A stretch of 63,775 nucleotides of DNA, counting the filler, from Octopus bimaculoides (Eukaryota), in the NCBI RefSeq assembly GCF_001194135.2. It is 4 parts of 4 records of this genome, joined end to end, with 100 filler letters (N's around TTAATTAATTAA, not from the genome) between each part and the next. Parts side by side here need not be neighbours in the genome. Positions count along the whole stretch, not along the records: positions 61,688 to 63,775 come from NW_026402940.1; 3 more parts are not named here. One strand, given 5' to 3'. The notes beneath the pieces are model-generated. The model was not told the origin of the DNA and did no database searches. It was given only the letters and a program-made list of their open reading frames with translations. Shown in pieces: positions 62,211-63,775 of the stretch (the first letter of the stretch is position 1; every line of letters begins with the position of its first letter). Made by a program: the position numbers and the translations under genes.

Positions 62211-63775
62211 ATCTACAATAAGGTGGTGGCCGAGATGACACATAATAGAATACTTTAGATGTAAAATGAAAACATTTGGCCTTTCTCTAAGTGTGTAATT
62301 TAAAAGATCAAAGCTATTGGTTTTGTTTCTTGGCGATTAGTATAGCCCTCCCATCCATTTTGGATTACTTGATATATTTACGTTTTGATTTCTATTGACT
62401 TTGTTTTACATTTTTTTATTGTGCGTGTGGTGTTTGGTGTATATTTATTTTAGTGTTACGTTTACAACAGTCTAACTTTTGGTATGAAATACTTTAGTTC
62501 AGTTATTTAACAATGTAACTACTTTAAAGTCTAAGATCTTAGATTTGTTCTTTAACAGATATTTGTCCGTCGTCGGAGACGATACGTAATTCATTACAAA
62601 ATTCTAAACATAACAGAAAAACGAAAAATAAAGATGTCTGCTGATTCTAATGCAGTGTCTGGTAAGGAAGGTTTTCCTCCCTCTAGGTTCTTATATTGTC
62701 TAAATATAGGTAAACGTCACAAAAGTAACGGATGATGTCGAAGAAAATACAGTATCACTATATCATAATTAGATATATGGATTTGAGTCGTAGGACAGCG
62801 ATGGAAAAGCAGAATAAATGTACACCTGTCAACATTTTACGAAGTAAAGGAAATCGATATATGAGAAAACAATATGATTAAGATGAATTTACGAAAAATA
62901 CAGAAAGTTATAACCCCAGCGGAAATACTTACTCTGCATTCTACAATGTAATAGAGTAAAAAAAAATATCCATCTTGGGAAGATAAATAGATATGTCGAC
63001 AAGATATGACCTCAAGAAAGAAAGGGGCCTGGCTAGATACCAAAAGTAGGGAGGCTTATCTCTACCTATTTCTGCAGTGCCACCACATTTGCGATTAATA
63101 TCATTGCTATCTATTTAATACATGTACAATTTCATAGACATTGCAGCAACAAGAAATGTAAAACATAATAGGAGTGTATGGTGAAACTCGCTTTGCCTGT
63201 ATTTTCTATTTATATATCCTAAAGTGTCATTTTAGACAAATTGCTATTTTAATAGAAATCAATATTAGACTTCCAATGTCAATGACAAATGTCGAAAAAC
63301 AAAGTTAAGTTTACAGCAAGCCGGGGTTTGATTAGAATTATTTGGCGAAGTCCTCTCACCTCTATTGCGTTGAAAATAATTAAGTTACTGTGCATTGTTT
63401 TCTATAGATATATACCGGAATCTGCATTCACTTCAACACCAACAAAAAGCTGGCAGGCATTTAGCGGCGATGCATCTACGCCAACCTGTCTATTCATATG
63501 TCTAATTACACCCTGGTGCAGTTATGAAATTCATACCCAATGATGGAAATTATAATTGTCAACATCTGCAAATGTCTTTATCACAATTTCAGCTAAATAT
63601 AGAACAAATGAACAATGTAGCTGAATGGTTCTGGCATGAACAGATTGTGACTCTGCATTACAATTCAAGAAATTAAGTCTTCCCGTCATTATTCAGGTGT
63701 TCTGATATAATTTAGTAAAAGAAATTTAAACGAGTTTAATTATATAACAGTATTTCATATAATTAAGTGTACGTT

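Noticed and set aside
75-63543. Most ORF-track entries (HTHT, CVCV, YIYI, RERE and poly-X proteins)
   Set aside because: They are translations of microsatellites or N-gaps with no domain-like content.

Overview
Eukaryotic, AT-rich, gap-riddled draft-assembly sequence dominated by microsatellites and interspersed repeats. The repeat content and style best fit an octopod cephalopod such as Octopus bimaculoides; this is an inference, not confirmed. I cannot support any host protein-coding gene: almost all ORF-track entries are translated microsatellites or N-runs. The only recognisable coding remnants are from transposable elements: an internally deleted maT (DD37D) mariner at 6.9-7.7 kb, a Ty3/gypsy fragment at 50.0-50.9+ kb (LTR end, tRNA-Trp primer-binding site, truncated gag, intact aspartic-protease ORF), and two RTE-clade LINE remnants at 59.6-60.5 and 61.9-62.2 kb. 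At least three tRNA-derived SINE families account for several dozen fragments. The most interesting signals are RNA-structural: a complete -1 frameshift cassette (G GGA AAC plus predicted pseudoknot) at the gypsy gag/pol junction, and minimal hammerhead-ribozyme motifs in Penelope-like repeat ends (39.7 kb intact core; 14.9 and 45.3 kb variant cores). Also notable: a 184-bp SINE-derived tandem array, a direct duplication with a strongly conserved TAAT/ATTA-rich core, an inverted duplication, an AT-rich block with 85-bp terminal inverted repeats, a perfect 20-bp palindrome and a CpG-decayed domain. Identities and structures were worked out by hand.
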